From positions 3,996,799 through 4,060,798 of the forward strand of contig MU053588.1 in assembly GCA_013239625.1 (NCBI GenBank): a stretch of DNA of 64,000 nucleotides, written 5' to 3'. Source of the stretch: Lama guanicoe. Lineage: Eukaryota. This document shows positions 53,656-64,000 of the stretch, in pieces. The notes under the pieces were generated by a model. That model was given only the letters and a program-made list of their open reading frames with translations, was not told the origin of the DNA and did no database searches. Position 1 is the stretch's first letter. Each line of letters starts with the position of its first letter. The translations under genes were made by a program, and so were the position numbers.

Positions 53656-55510
53656 ACCAATTTCTCATCAGAAACCATGGAAGTCACAAGACAGTGGCAT
53701 GATATACTTAAAGTACCAAAAGAAAAAAAAACCTGTTAACAAAGAATCCTATATCTGGCAAAACAATCCTTCAAAAATAAAGTAGAAATTAAGACATTTC
53801 CAGATAAACAAATGCTAAAGGAGTTCATTGCTAGTAGACCTGCCCTACAAGAAAACTGAAGTAATTCACTCAGGTAAAAGTGAAAGGACACTCAGACAGT
53901 ATCTTGAAGCCATATGACTAGTAAAGAACACTGGTCATGCAACTATGTAGATAAGTTTAGATAAAGTAACTACATAGGTAAATATTACAAAAGCCAGTAT
54001 TACTTTATTTTGGTTTGTTACTTCTATATGATTTAAAAGAAAATTCATAAACAATACTTATAAGTCTATGTTAATGGGTATGCAATGTATAAAAATGAAA
54101 TTTGTGACAACAAAAATCTAAAGGAAAAAGAGGTGTGTGGGAACATAGTTTTTCTGTACTATTGAAGACTGGCAGGTATTCATTCAAAATAAATTATAAT
54201 ACATTTAAGAGGTTAAATGAAACCTCAGAGTAACTACCAAGAAAATAACTTTAAAACATGAAGATGAAGAATTGAGAAGGAAGTAAAAATGATGTATTTT
54301 TAAAAAACAATTAAAATTTAAAAAGGCATTAATGGAGGAATCAGGCAAAAGAAAGATGACATATGGAAAACCAGTAGCAAAATGGCAGGAATAATCTTCC
54401 TTATCAAGAATTAATTTAATGTGAATGGGTTAAACTTTCCAATTAAAAAGCAGAGATTGGCAAAATGAATAAAACATGATTCAACCATATACTGTCTGCA
54501 AGAGACTCATTTTAAAACCAAAGTTGTATTTAGATTGACTGTATATAAATTTGTATATGGATTGTATATAGATTTGTATACAGATTGAGTGAAAGGATGG
54601 AAAAAGATATTCCATGCAAATTGTAAACAAAGGAGATCTGGCATGATTACACTAATATCAGATAAAATAGGCTTTATGTAAAAAACTTATGAGACAAAGA
54701 AGTATATGGTATATCCTTAAAGGGTTAATCTATGGAGATACAACAACTATAGACATTATGCACCTAGCAACAGAGTCCTAAAATGTGTGAAGTGGAAATT
54801 GACAGAAATGAAGGGGAAAATAGTTCTATAATAAAATTTTGAGACCTCACTAGCTCCACTTTCAATAACGCATACAACAACCAGATCAATAAGGAAATAA
54901 AGAATTTGAAAGCACTATAAACCAAACACATAACAGATATATACACAGTACTCCACCTAAAATCAGCATAATACACATTTCTCTCAAATGGACACAGAAC
55001 AAGATAGACCATATATTAGGTCACAAAACAAGTCTCGATACATTTAAGAAGAAATCATACAAAGTATATTCTCTGACCACAGTGGAACGAAATTAGACTC
55101 CATAAAAGGAGAAAACTGGAAAATTCACAAATATGTGGAATATAAACACCACACTTGTAAAAGCCAGTGGGGCAAGAAAAAAATCACAGGGAAATTATGA
55201 AGGACTTTGAGATGAAAACAGGTCCACAGCAGTTAATAAGTTCTTAGGGCTGTATTTTCCACATAAAAGATGGTTTATCCATCTTTATTTCCTAAAATTT
55301 ACTCAAGGCTGGAAGGTGGGGCAGTTGTTTCTGTGGCTTCTCTGGCTGTTCTTCCACCTTCATCATCCAGGCCACCACCACTGCCTCTCCTGGCTGTCCT
55401 GCGACTGGCTCTGCTGCACTTTATCCCTGACTCTGGCTGGAGCCATGTCCCACACTAACCTAGATGTAACTGTAATGTGATTATTATCACATATGAATAG
55501 AAGTCTGGGG

Positions 55511-56090
55511 AAGCTCATCAATGAATTCAGTAAAGTTGTAGGATACAAAATTAATGTACAGAAATCTTTTGCATTTCTATACACTAACAATGAAACATCA
55601 GAAAGAGAAATTAAGGAAAAATCCAATTTACCATCACATCAAAAAGAATAAAATACCTAGGAATAAACCTACAGGAGGCGAACGACCTGTGCTCTGAAAA
55701 CTATAAGACACTGATGAAAGAAATTGAGGATGACACAACAGATGGAAAGATATATTGTGTTCTTAGATTGGAAGAATCAATACTGTTAAAATGACCATAC
55801 TACCCAAGACAATCTACAGATTCAGTGCAATTCCTATCAAATTACCAATGGCATTTTTCACAGAACTGGGGCAAAATTTTTGAAAAATTTGTATGGAAAC
55901 ACAAAAGACTCTGAACAGCATAAACAATCTTGAGAAAGAAAAACAGAGCTAGAGGAATCATGCTGCCTGACTTCAAACTACACTATGAAGTAATCAAAAC
56001 AGTGTGATACTGACACAAAAAGACACATAGATCAATGAAACAAGATAGAAAGCCCAGAAATAAACTTGCATTTATGGTCAATTAATCTAT
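55511..56090 (+). mobile_element. L1 ORF2 (RT region) fragment
   Basis: Encodes [27 protein letters not shown], then [10 protein letters not shown] after a frameshift. Confidence 0.88.
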
Positions 56091-56099
56091 CTAATCTAT

Positions 56100-56249
56100 G
56101 GCCAATTGCACACTGAATAGACTGCAGTGTAGCGTCAACATAACTTGTATGCTCTAGGAAACAAAAATTCATGTGATGCATTTTATTGTGATATTTGCTT
56201 TATTGCAGTGGTCTGGAATTGAATCTGAAATATTTCTGAGGTATGCCTA
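56100..56249 (+). mobile_element. Tigger1 3' end
   Basis: tttattgcagtggtctggaa...tatttctgaggtatgcct matches the Tigger1 terminus. Confidence 0.75.
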
Positions 56250-56699
56250 TATTCTAGGCTTTTCTTTTTAAAATTACAGTATTTCATTTACTTCTTGCCA
56301 ATGCCTCTTCTTTCATTTGCCAGAAAACCCCAGATTTCAAGTGAGCAATTTAAACAAATAAGAGTGTGAAACTTTTTAAATCTGTTCTGTTGTTGGATCA
56401 AAGGTTACTTTTTCTTTTCACGAGTCTCTAGCACCTTGGAATAAATGACTCAAGCCCGAAAAAACTGTCGGGGGTCTAGCTGTATTCAGGCACAAGTAAA
56501 GTAAAGCAAAAGCATCAAGCCAAGTTTGGTACTTTCGTCAGCTTTAGTTCCTGTACAGCCACATTTACTTTTCAGTCACACTTATTTGTAATGTGGTTTA
56601 AGAAGAAGAAAAAAAAAAGGAAGAAAGGAAAAATAAACAAACAGCAAAATCAAGCGCTAATAGCGCCTGTAGACTGAACCGAACCATCTACATATGTCT

Positions 56700-57130
56700 A
56701 AAAAACAGTGGCACTTTCTTGCCGAGGATTCTGGGAAGTGTAGTCCACGAGGGCCGGGTAGTCAGAGCCACTTCCGCTCTCCAAGGGAAGAGCGGTAGCC
56801 CTTGTTTCGCTCAGGAATTCTGGGAAATATGGTCCAGGTGCAGCTAAGAGTCCGGGCACTTCCGCTGCAGGAGTGGGAGGCCGGCGTTATCAGTACCTGC
56901 TGGGAGGTGAGTCGGTTTCTAGAACCTGCGTCGCTTCGAGCCTGCCTGGGCGTGGGAACTGCAGGTACCACTCTCGCCCTTGGGGAATAGAAGCCGCGGA
57001 GGGCAGGGGCGACAATTTTGGTCACTTTGGTGTTTAGGGCGGCTGGCGGGCGGGGGTCGCAGTCTCCGTTTTGAGAGTCTCTGGGACGCAGGTTTTCCCT
57101 CGCCTCCCCCACCTTCCGCACGCTCTGTCG
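56700..57130 (+). promoter_or_regulatory. CpG-rich promoter and first exon of ZNF233-like gene
   Basis: Two tandem modules: ZNF143-type sites at 56729 and 56818, CACTTCCGC at 56769 and 56857; donor GAG|GTGAGT at 56906/56907. Confidence 0.82.
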
Positions 57131-58860
57131 TTTTTTAGGGGTTATATCCAAGTAGAGTTATTTAATTTCTCCGTTTCTTTTCTGTAAAGTGGAGTCAATG
57201 TAGTACCTTACTAGTAGGCGTGAGGTGAGATTTACGTGACGTAAATGGATGTAAAAATGCTTAGTACCGGGCCGTGGCACATGCTGAAAGGCGGTCGGTT
57301 GTTCCTAGTCTTTTATGTCTCTCCCAGAAGCGCTCAGTACCTGAAAGCCTCTGTGAGCCCGCAGTGGGTTCTGAGCTCCAGTTGCAGAGCCACTGGCTCG
57401 TCTCTGACCCCTGCGGAAAGGGGAGGTTTTCGTGGATTCCTAGACTCCCTGCAACCCCGCCTCAACCCACCCCACCTTTTTTAAAGGAAGAAGTGGGTCT
57501 CACCCCCAGCTGGTGCCTGGGGATGTCAGCTGTGATTTATCCTGGACGAGAGATATGGTTGTAGTATCTTCTAGCCTCCTTTCCTTTCCCCACCTTGATT
57601 TCTCAAAAAGGGCGCAGAGAGGAGGGAGTGACCCTTGACGCCAGGTAATACTGTCCCAACGTGAGAGCATTTATCGTGTTGTGTTATTTCTGCTCTCAAG
57701 TGAGCAAGACTTCCTTCACTCACTAGCAGATTTTTTCTACTGGACAAATATTCAAATATTTATAGAGTAAATGGAATGAGACGTGTTGGTGAATGAATAA
57801 TAATTTTTTAACATATTGAGTGCTAAATACTCTTCTACAGGCTTCATATGGATTAATTAGCATGATCTTCACGACAAACATACTGTTATAATCTGTATTT
57901 TACAGATGAGAACATTGATAGTTGAAGAATTTAAGTTGTTTTCCCAAAGCCAAACAACAGGGAAGAGACAGAACTGGGAATCTGAACACAGGCAGCCTGA
58001 GTTCTTGACCTTTAAGCCATACTTTTGAAACTGCAGGACCCTTGGGGACTTCTCAAGCTTGTTATTATGTACCAGGCACTGAGCCAAGGCTTTCCCCCGC
58101 TATTTTTAAACTTGAGATGTAATTTACATATCATAAGATTCGTCCCTTTAAAGTATACAACTCACTGTTTTTTAGTATGTTCACAAGGTTTTGCAGCCAT
58201 CACCGCTGTCTAATTCCAGAACATTTTTGTCACCCCCAAAATGCCCCTGAGCCATCACCTCCCACCTGCTGCATTCCCAGCCCCTGGCAACCACTAATTT
58301 ACTCTCTGTCCCTGTGGACTTACTCACTTAATCTCCAAAGCACGCTTATAAATTATTACCTGTTACGGCCACTACAGTCTTGTTCATTTAAGTGAGGCAG
58401 ACTGTCGGACTTTTGTTTAAAATGAAGGAGAAAAAAATAGCACTCATATTTTAAAATGGTTTTTCTTTACTACCGTCAGTGTAGGAGAGGACATGGGCCA
58501 CTGAGACTCTTCTGGCTGCATGAAGACAATTCACAAGTACTTACGTCTTTTACAAAACCAGATGCTGATATCAATGAAATATCATTAGAGGAGAACAAAT
58601 GACTAAGTAATAAAGCCAGTCAGAACTATGGGCTTGTCAGAGATAGAGGTGAATTTCTGAAGACAAAGCAGTGTACAGTCTCTGAAATCTGGATGTTGTA
58701 AAAGCCCCCTTTGTTGGAAAGGATGGCAGAAGATGTTTGCAAGGACAGTTTTAGGATGCATAATACCACCTGCTTTTCTGCAGATACAGTGAGATCAGTT
58801 TTAAGTTTCTGTCTACTCACACATTTGACCCTGATAACAATCCTGTAAGGAAGCACTGTT

Positions 58861-58960
58861 TTTTTGTTTGTTTGTTTTTTTAATGGAGGTACTGGGGATT
58901 GAACCTACGACCTTGTGGATGCTAAGCATGCGCTCTACCACTGAGCTATACTGCTTCCCC
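58861..58960 (-). mobile_element. tRNA-derived SINE (Vic-1-like)
   Basis: SINE body; TSD gaagcactgtt. Confidence 0.85.
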
Positions 58961-59054
58961 TGACCCTGCCAGAAGCACTGTTCTTATTTTGCAGATGACA
59001 GCTTTGAGGCATAGGGAGGTTAATTAACTTAAGCAGAGTTAGTAGCAGCGTAAG

Positions 59055-59980
59055 AAAAACTCAGTCTTCCTCCTGCTTTTCGCCTTTATTCTTACACTGC
59101 TAGCCCGTTCACCACATTTCTTTTTTTTCTTTAATTTTATACTATTATTATTTTTAATGGTGGTACTGGGGATTGAACTCAGGACCTTGTGATGCTAAGT
59201 AGCACTCTACTGCTGAGCTATAACCAGCCCCTTTCACCACATTTCTGACACCAGATGTGGATGGTTTCCTGCCCCCCACACCAGGCAATTCTGCTTTACC
59301 AGCTGGGTGCCCTACAATGTAACTCAATTCTAACACTGTCTACCTGGGGATAGCTTCAGATCCCACAGGCGAAGGACTCAGTCCCACGAGATTGCCCTCC
59401 CCCACTTCAGGTGCCATTCATAAGTAGTAGGTCCCCAGGTGACCTCCATCTTCTGACTTGGCTACAGATCAGAGTTTCCCATGACTCCTCCGCTTTGGAT
59501 TCGATTGTTTGCTGATATGGTTCACAGAGCTCAGAAAAACACCTACTTAACATTTACCAAGTTGTTAAAGGATATGTTAAGGTTACAGAGCCAGATGAAA
59601 AGAGCTACCTAAGGCGAGGTCTGGGAGGGCGGGTCCCAAGCACGGGCGCGTCAGTCCCTCCTGGTGTGTGCATGTACTCACCCACCTGGAAGCTTCCGGA
59701 ACCCCATACTATTGGAGTTTTATGGAGGCTTCCTCCGTAGGCGGAATCAAATGTTAACTCCATTTCCAGCCCCCTCCCCTCTCTGGAGAATGGTGGGGTG
59801 GTGAGGCTGAAAAATTCCAAGCATCAAATCATGGTTTGGCCGTCCCGGTGACCAGCCCCCATCCAGGAGCCCATCAAGAGTCACCTCATTAGAACAAAAA
59901 CACCCCTCCACCCCCAGGAAATCACAAGGGTTTCTGGGGCCCTGAGTCAGGAACTGGAGGCAGAAACCGATAGATGATTT
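59055..59980 (-). mobile_element. MER21-family LTR carrying a SINE
   Basis: Colinear with the 52730-53655 copy. Confidence 0.68.
59122..59232 (-). mobile_element. tRNA-derived SINE (Vic-1-like)
   Basis: TSD ttcaccacatttct at 59108 and 59233. Confidence 0.85.
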
Positions 59981-60297
59981 CCCAGTTGCTTTACCAGGAT
60001 TGACCTGTTGGCCCCAGAGTCTACTCTCATAGCCAGTATATTCCACTGCCCTTTCGTTTTCCCTGATACCGAGGATAAGAATAAGGATCCTGAACCCTGG
60101 AGACCACAAGGGATGCGTGTGTGAGCCCTGCTGCTTAGACCTGAGCAGAATGTCCACTGCACAGGGGCCCCTGGCTGAGGGGCTAGTGACTTACACACGG
60201 CAGGCACGTGGGGTCGGACCTCCGTCTCATGGCTTCTTTCTCCTTCGCCAGCTGTGCCTTCGCAGGACTCTGCGCTTCCACAGAAGGGGCAAGAAAA

Positions 60298-60312
60298 ATG
60301 ACCAAGTGTCAG
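60298..60312 (+). CDS. ZNF233: Start exon coding part of ZNF233-like gene (MTKCQ)
   Basis: AAAATG ACC AAG TGT CAG|gtgagt; aligns with the ZNF227 start exon. Confidence 0.75.
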
Positions 60313-61862
60313 GTGAGTTGATGTTTATCTCTTAAGATTACATCTCTTTTCTCAAAGATGAGACACATCTTTTTTCTCTTCCAGGGGAAGGGTAAAGGAA
60401 GAGAACAGGTGTCTGTTATGTGCCAGTTACTTGCTTCTTTGTTGGTTCTAGTTATTGTTTTTGCTTTTAGTTTTTGTTTCATATTATTATCATCTTCATT
60501 TCACAAATAACAGTACAGAAATTCACAGAGACCAAGAAATTTTAAAAGCTCAACTTAATACATTGCCTGTGAATCAGCTATACTTGATATAATTACAATC
60601 ACAGTATACGTACACTTTTCAGTTTTATTTTTTCATTTAATGTTACCACTTGAGTTTTTTATGATTCAGTATTCTTCTATGAATTGTCTCAGAAGGGTTT
60701 TGATTTTTTTTGTCTGACATTTCAGAAGCTCCACTTCCTCATACAGACTGCTGTGCCTCTGAGCAGATTTTGTTTTGATTCATAACACTTGCATAGGGCT
60801 TTTAAAAATGAAATATAATTTACTTGAAAAAATGACACAGATCCTAAGTGTCAGATCAGTGACCGTTGTAGGCCCCATTTTGAAAGTTGTGTAATTGCAT
60901 TAGCCCACTACCCAGACCAGAAATAGAACATTTACATTACCTTCCAGAGTTCTCTCATGTCTCTTTCAAGTCAGTTTCTTACCCCTGGAGGGCATCAACT
61001 GTTCTGATCTGTCATCGCATCATTAGATTTCCTTGTTTTCAAATTAAATATCATCAGTGAAATCATACTGTATGTACTCTTGTGTCTGGCTTTTCACTCA
61101 GCATAATGTTTTTGAGATTCATCTATGCTGTTGCTTGTGTCAGTAATTCAGATCTTTATCCTGTTCCATTTTCTGAATGTATCAAAGTGTGCTTATCCTT
61201 TTGAAGGAGCTTTGAGTTGTTTACAGCTTTTAATTGTTATGCATGAAGTTTCTTTGAGCATTCTGGGCAGGTCTTATGGACATATATTTTTGTATCTCTT
61301 GGGTAAACATCTCGAAGTGGAACAACTGGGTTTGTAGGTGAATATAAACTGTTTTCCAGACTGGTTGTACCATTTTACAACCCATCAGTGATGCATAAAG
61401 GTTTCAGCTTGCTCCTTTGCTGCCATTTGCTGCTGTAGATCTTTTTTATTTTAGCCATTCTAATAAAATGACATCTCACCATGACTGTGACTTGTATTTC
61501 CCTCATGATAAATGATGTTGGATGCTTTTTCATGTGTTTTTGCCATTGGCAGATCCTTTTTGAAAAGTTTATTGAAGTCATTTGCCTGTAAAATTTGACT
61601 TCTACTTTTTATTATTAAGGAGTTCCTTATATTTTCGGAGTTCAAGTCCCTTGTCAGATATATGTACTGTGAGTAATTTTTTTCCATTCTGTGGTTTGTC
61701 TATTTGTTTTCTTAATTGTGCCTTTAAAAATCATTTCTGAGGTGAAATTTACATATAACTTACATGTAATAAATGTATTCAATCACTTTTGACAAATATG
61801 CATCCCTTTGTGACCATTGTCACAATCCAAGTGTAGATCTCCATCATCAGAAAGGTTCTCTG

Positions 61863-62219
61863 AATACCAAATGATATCACTTGTATGTGGAATCTAAAAA
61901 AAAAGACACAAATAGACTTGTTTACAAAACAGAGACAGACTCACAGACATAGAAAACAAACTTGTGGTTACCAGGGAGCAAAGGGGGTGGGAAGGGATAA
62001 ATTGGGAGTTCGAGATTTTCAAATACTACTATATATAAAATAGATAAACAACAAGGTCCTATTGTATAGCAGAGAGAACTATATTCAGTATCTTGCAGTA
62101 ATCTATAATGAAAATATATGTATATATACTTATGACTGAAGCATTATGTTGTACACCAGAAATTGACACAACATTGTAAACTGACTATATGTCGATTTAA
62201 GAAAATAATAAAATCACAA
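61863..62219 (+). mobile_element. L1 3' end inside older L1M sequence
   Basis: TSD agaaaggttStctg; L1 3' UTR motif. Confidence 0.8.
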
Positions 62220-63005
62220 AGAAAGGTTGTCTGGTGCCCCTTCCCAGTTAATCACAATCCCACATCCCCAGCTGTAGGCAACAACTGATTTACTTTATGT
62301 CACTGTAGGTGCGATTCATCTCTTCTTGCATTTCATGCTGATGGAATTCTACAGTGTGTGCTTTCTGTGTCTGGCTTCATCTGTTCATCATGTTTGTGAA
62401 CACGTGACAACAGTTTGCTTCTTATTGCTGCGTAGTACTTTGTTGCATGGGTATACCACAGCTTAGTTATTCATTCACCTGTTGATGGACATTTATGGTT
62501 GTGGTAAAATATACATAGAAAGTACCATTTTAAGTGTACAGTTCGGTGGCATTAGGTACATTCACTGTTGGGCAACTGTCACCACCACCCATCTCTAGAA
62601 CTCTTTTTCATCATCTCAAAGTGAAATTCCATACCCATTAAACAGTCATTCCCTACCCTCCTCTCGCCCAGTCTCTGGCAACCATCATTTTACTTTCTGT
62701 CTCTGTGTATTTGACTACTCTAGTCTATCTCATGTAAGTGGAATCATCCACGTAATCCTTTTGTGACTGGCTTGTTTCAGACTTCATCCATCTGACCAGG
62801 ATTTTAAAGCAACCATCATAAATAGTTCATTCTAGCATACAGGATTGGTATGCGAGGTGGAGAAGAGGAGGAAACAACATAAGGTAGACTCAAGGCCCTC
62901 AGAATCCAGAACAGCTTCCCACCCATCCTTTCCACCCACTCAGTGCTGCCCCTTCCCAGTGGCTGCTGATCAGAAGATTGAGGTTGTATGTGCTTCATGT
63001 TGTAG

Positions 63006-63149
<144 letters not shown>

Positions 63150-63232
63150 TGACTCAGTGTCAGCCCCTAGGAGTGGCTTTGTATCCTTGGTTTCAAATGT
63201 TTAAGACTTTGGAGCTCTTGAAATGCTTCCCT

Positions 63233-63362
63233 GGGGCGTGGGCATAGCTCAGGGGTGGAGCACATGCCTGGCATGCATGAGGTCCTGGGTTCAATCCCCA
63301 GTACCTCCATTAACAAAATCTTAAAATAAAAACATTTTTTATATTAAAAAAGTTTAAAAAAG
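63233..63362 (+). mobile_element. tRNA-derived SINE (Vic-1-like)
   Basis: ggcatagctcaggggtggagcacatg...ggtcctgggttcaatccccagtacctcc plus an A-rich tail. Confidence 0.85.
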
Positions 63363-63812
63363 CAGTGCTTCGCTGAATCTAGGGGCCTGAACTTCCTAAT
63401 TCCTGTGGAATATCTCATCTATACCTTGTCTGTTTTTTCAAATTGTATTTGTGATATCTTGGGGTTTAAAATCAGTGGATTACATCAAATTGCATTTAAT
63501 GCAATAGGACAGAAATAGCATAGCTTCTTGTCAGGAACTGCATATAGTGCAACAAAAATTGTGAGTAAAAGACAGGAAAGGAGAAGAGATAGGAGTAGAT
63601 AATGGTTAGGATCAGGTCATTTGATCCCTTGACTCAGTGATGTGCATCTGTGTATTTGCATACTGGGTCACAGCATAAAAGGTGTTTATTACAACAGGTC
63701 ACCATCAGAATTTGGAAAAATGCTACTTAGCCACATGAAGATCGTTACATTGGAATGAAAATTTTTACCTTTAATGCGTTCACCTTATACATGTGCCACT
63801 TCTTTTTCACAG

Positions 63813-63923
63813 GCCATCCATCCTTCAGGTTAGGGTTGATATTACAGGTCGGGAGAGAGGAGAAGCTTTGGGCGATGGAGACAGAAACCCAAGGAGGTGG
63901 GTGTTCAAGAGAGAACTGTGCAG
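63813..63923 (+). CDS. ZNF233: KRAB-B exon of ZNF233-like gene; ancestral donor at 63909 mutated, in-frame substitute donor at 63924 assumed
   Basis: HPSFRLGLILQVGREEKLWAMETETQGGGCS resembles ZNF233 as recalled; the 3' boundary is uncertain. Confidence 0.62.
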
Positions 63924-64000
63924 GTGTGAGTCCTTGCAGCTCACAGAGTGGACCATGAGGCAGTGTGATGAAAGAATTATTTCAGAACACTGGTTATCTC

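Larger units (their letters stand above)
50500..55218 (+). mobile_element. Old L1M 5' UTR, ORF1 and ORF2 (endonuclease) remnant interrupted by MLT1 and MER21 LTRs
   Basis: A-rich ORF1-like sequence (aattaagacatttccagataaaca) and ORF2 EN-like sequence (atactgtctgcaagagactcat, ttctctgaccacagtgga); many stops. Confidence 0.75.

Overview
Eukaryotic (mammalian) genomic DNA, not a microbial locus. It is part of a tandem KRAB-C2H2 zinc-finger gene cluster with four + strand genes. By protein similarity (recalled, not searched) and gene order they match the human 19q13.31 run ZNF234 (5' end outside the window), ZNF226, ZNF227 and ZNF233 (zinc-finger exon outside the window). Nine tRNA-derived SINEs resembling the camelid Vic-1 family and many artiodactyl-type L1 3' ends suggest a camelid; this is an inference. 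The rest is L1, L2, MIR, ERV/LTR and DNA-transposon remains. I see no wholly new biological system. The most notable signals are: (1) patchwork nucleotide identity between the ZNF234 and ZNF226 finger arrays (137, 224 and 224 bp perfect tracts) broken mainly at recognition helices, while their introns are deeply diverged; (2) an extra copy of the ZNF226 promoter cassette at about 28.5-31.1 kb with no gene body of its own; (3) a fixed ZNF143-site to ETS-site spacing (38-40 bp) in all four promoters; (4) a lost splice donor and KRAB changes in ZNF233; (5) a uORF whose stop overlaps the ZNF226 start codon; (6) fossil zinc fingers in the 3' UTRs. Repeat family names and most repeat boundaries were judged by eye and are approximate.
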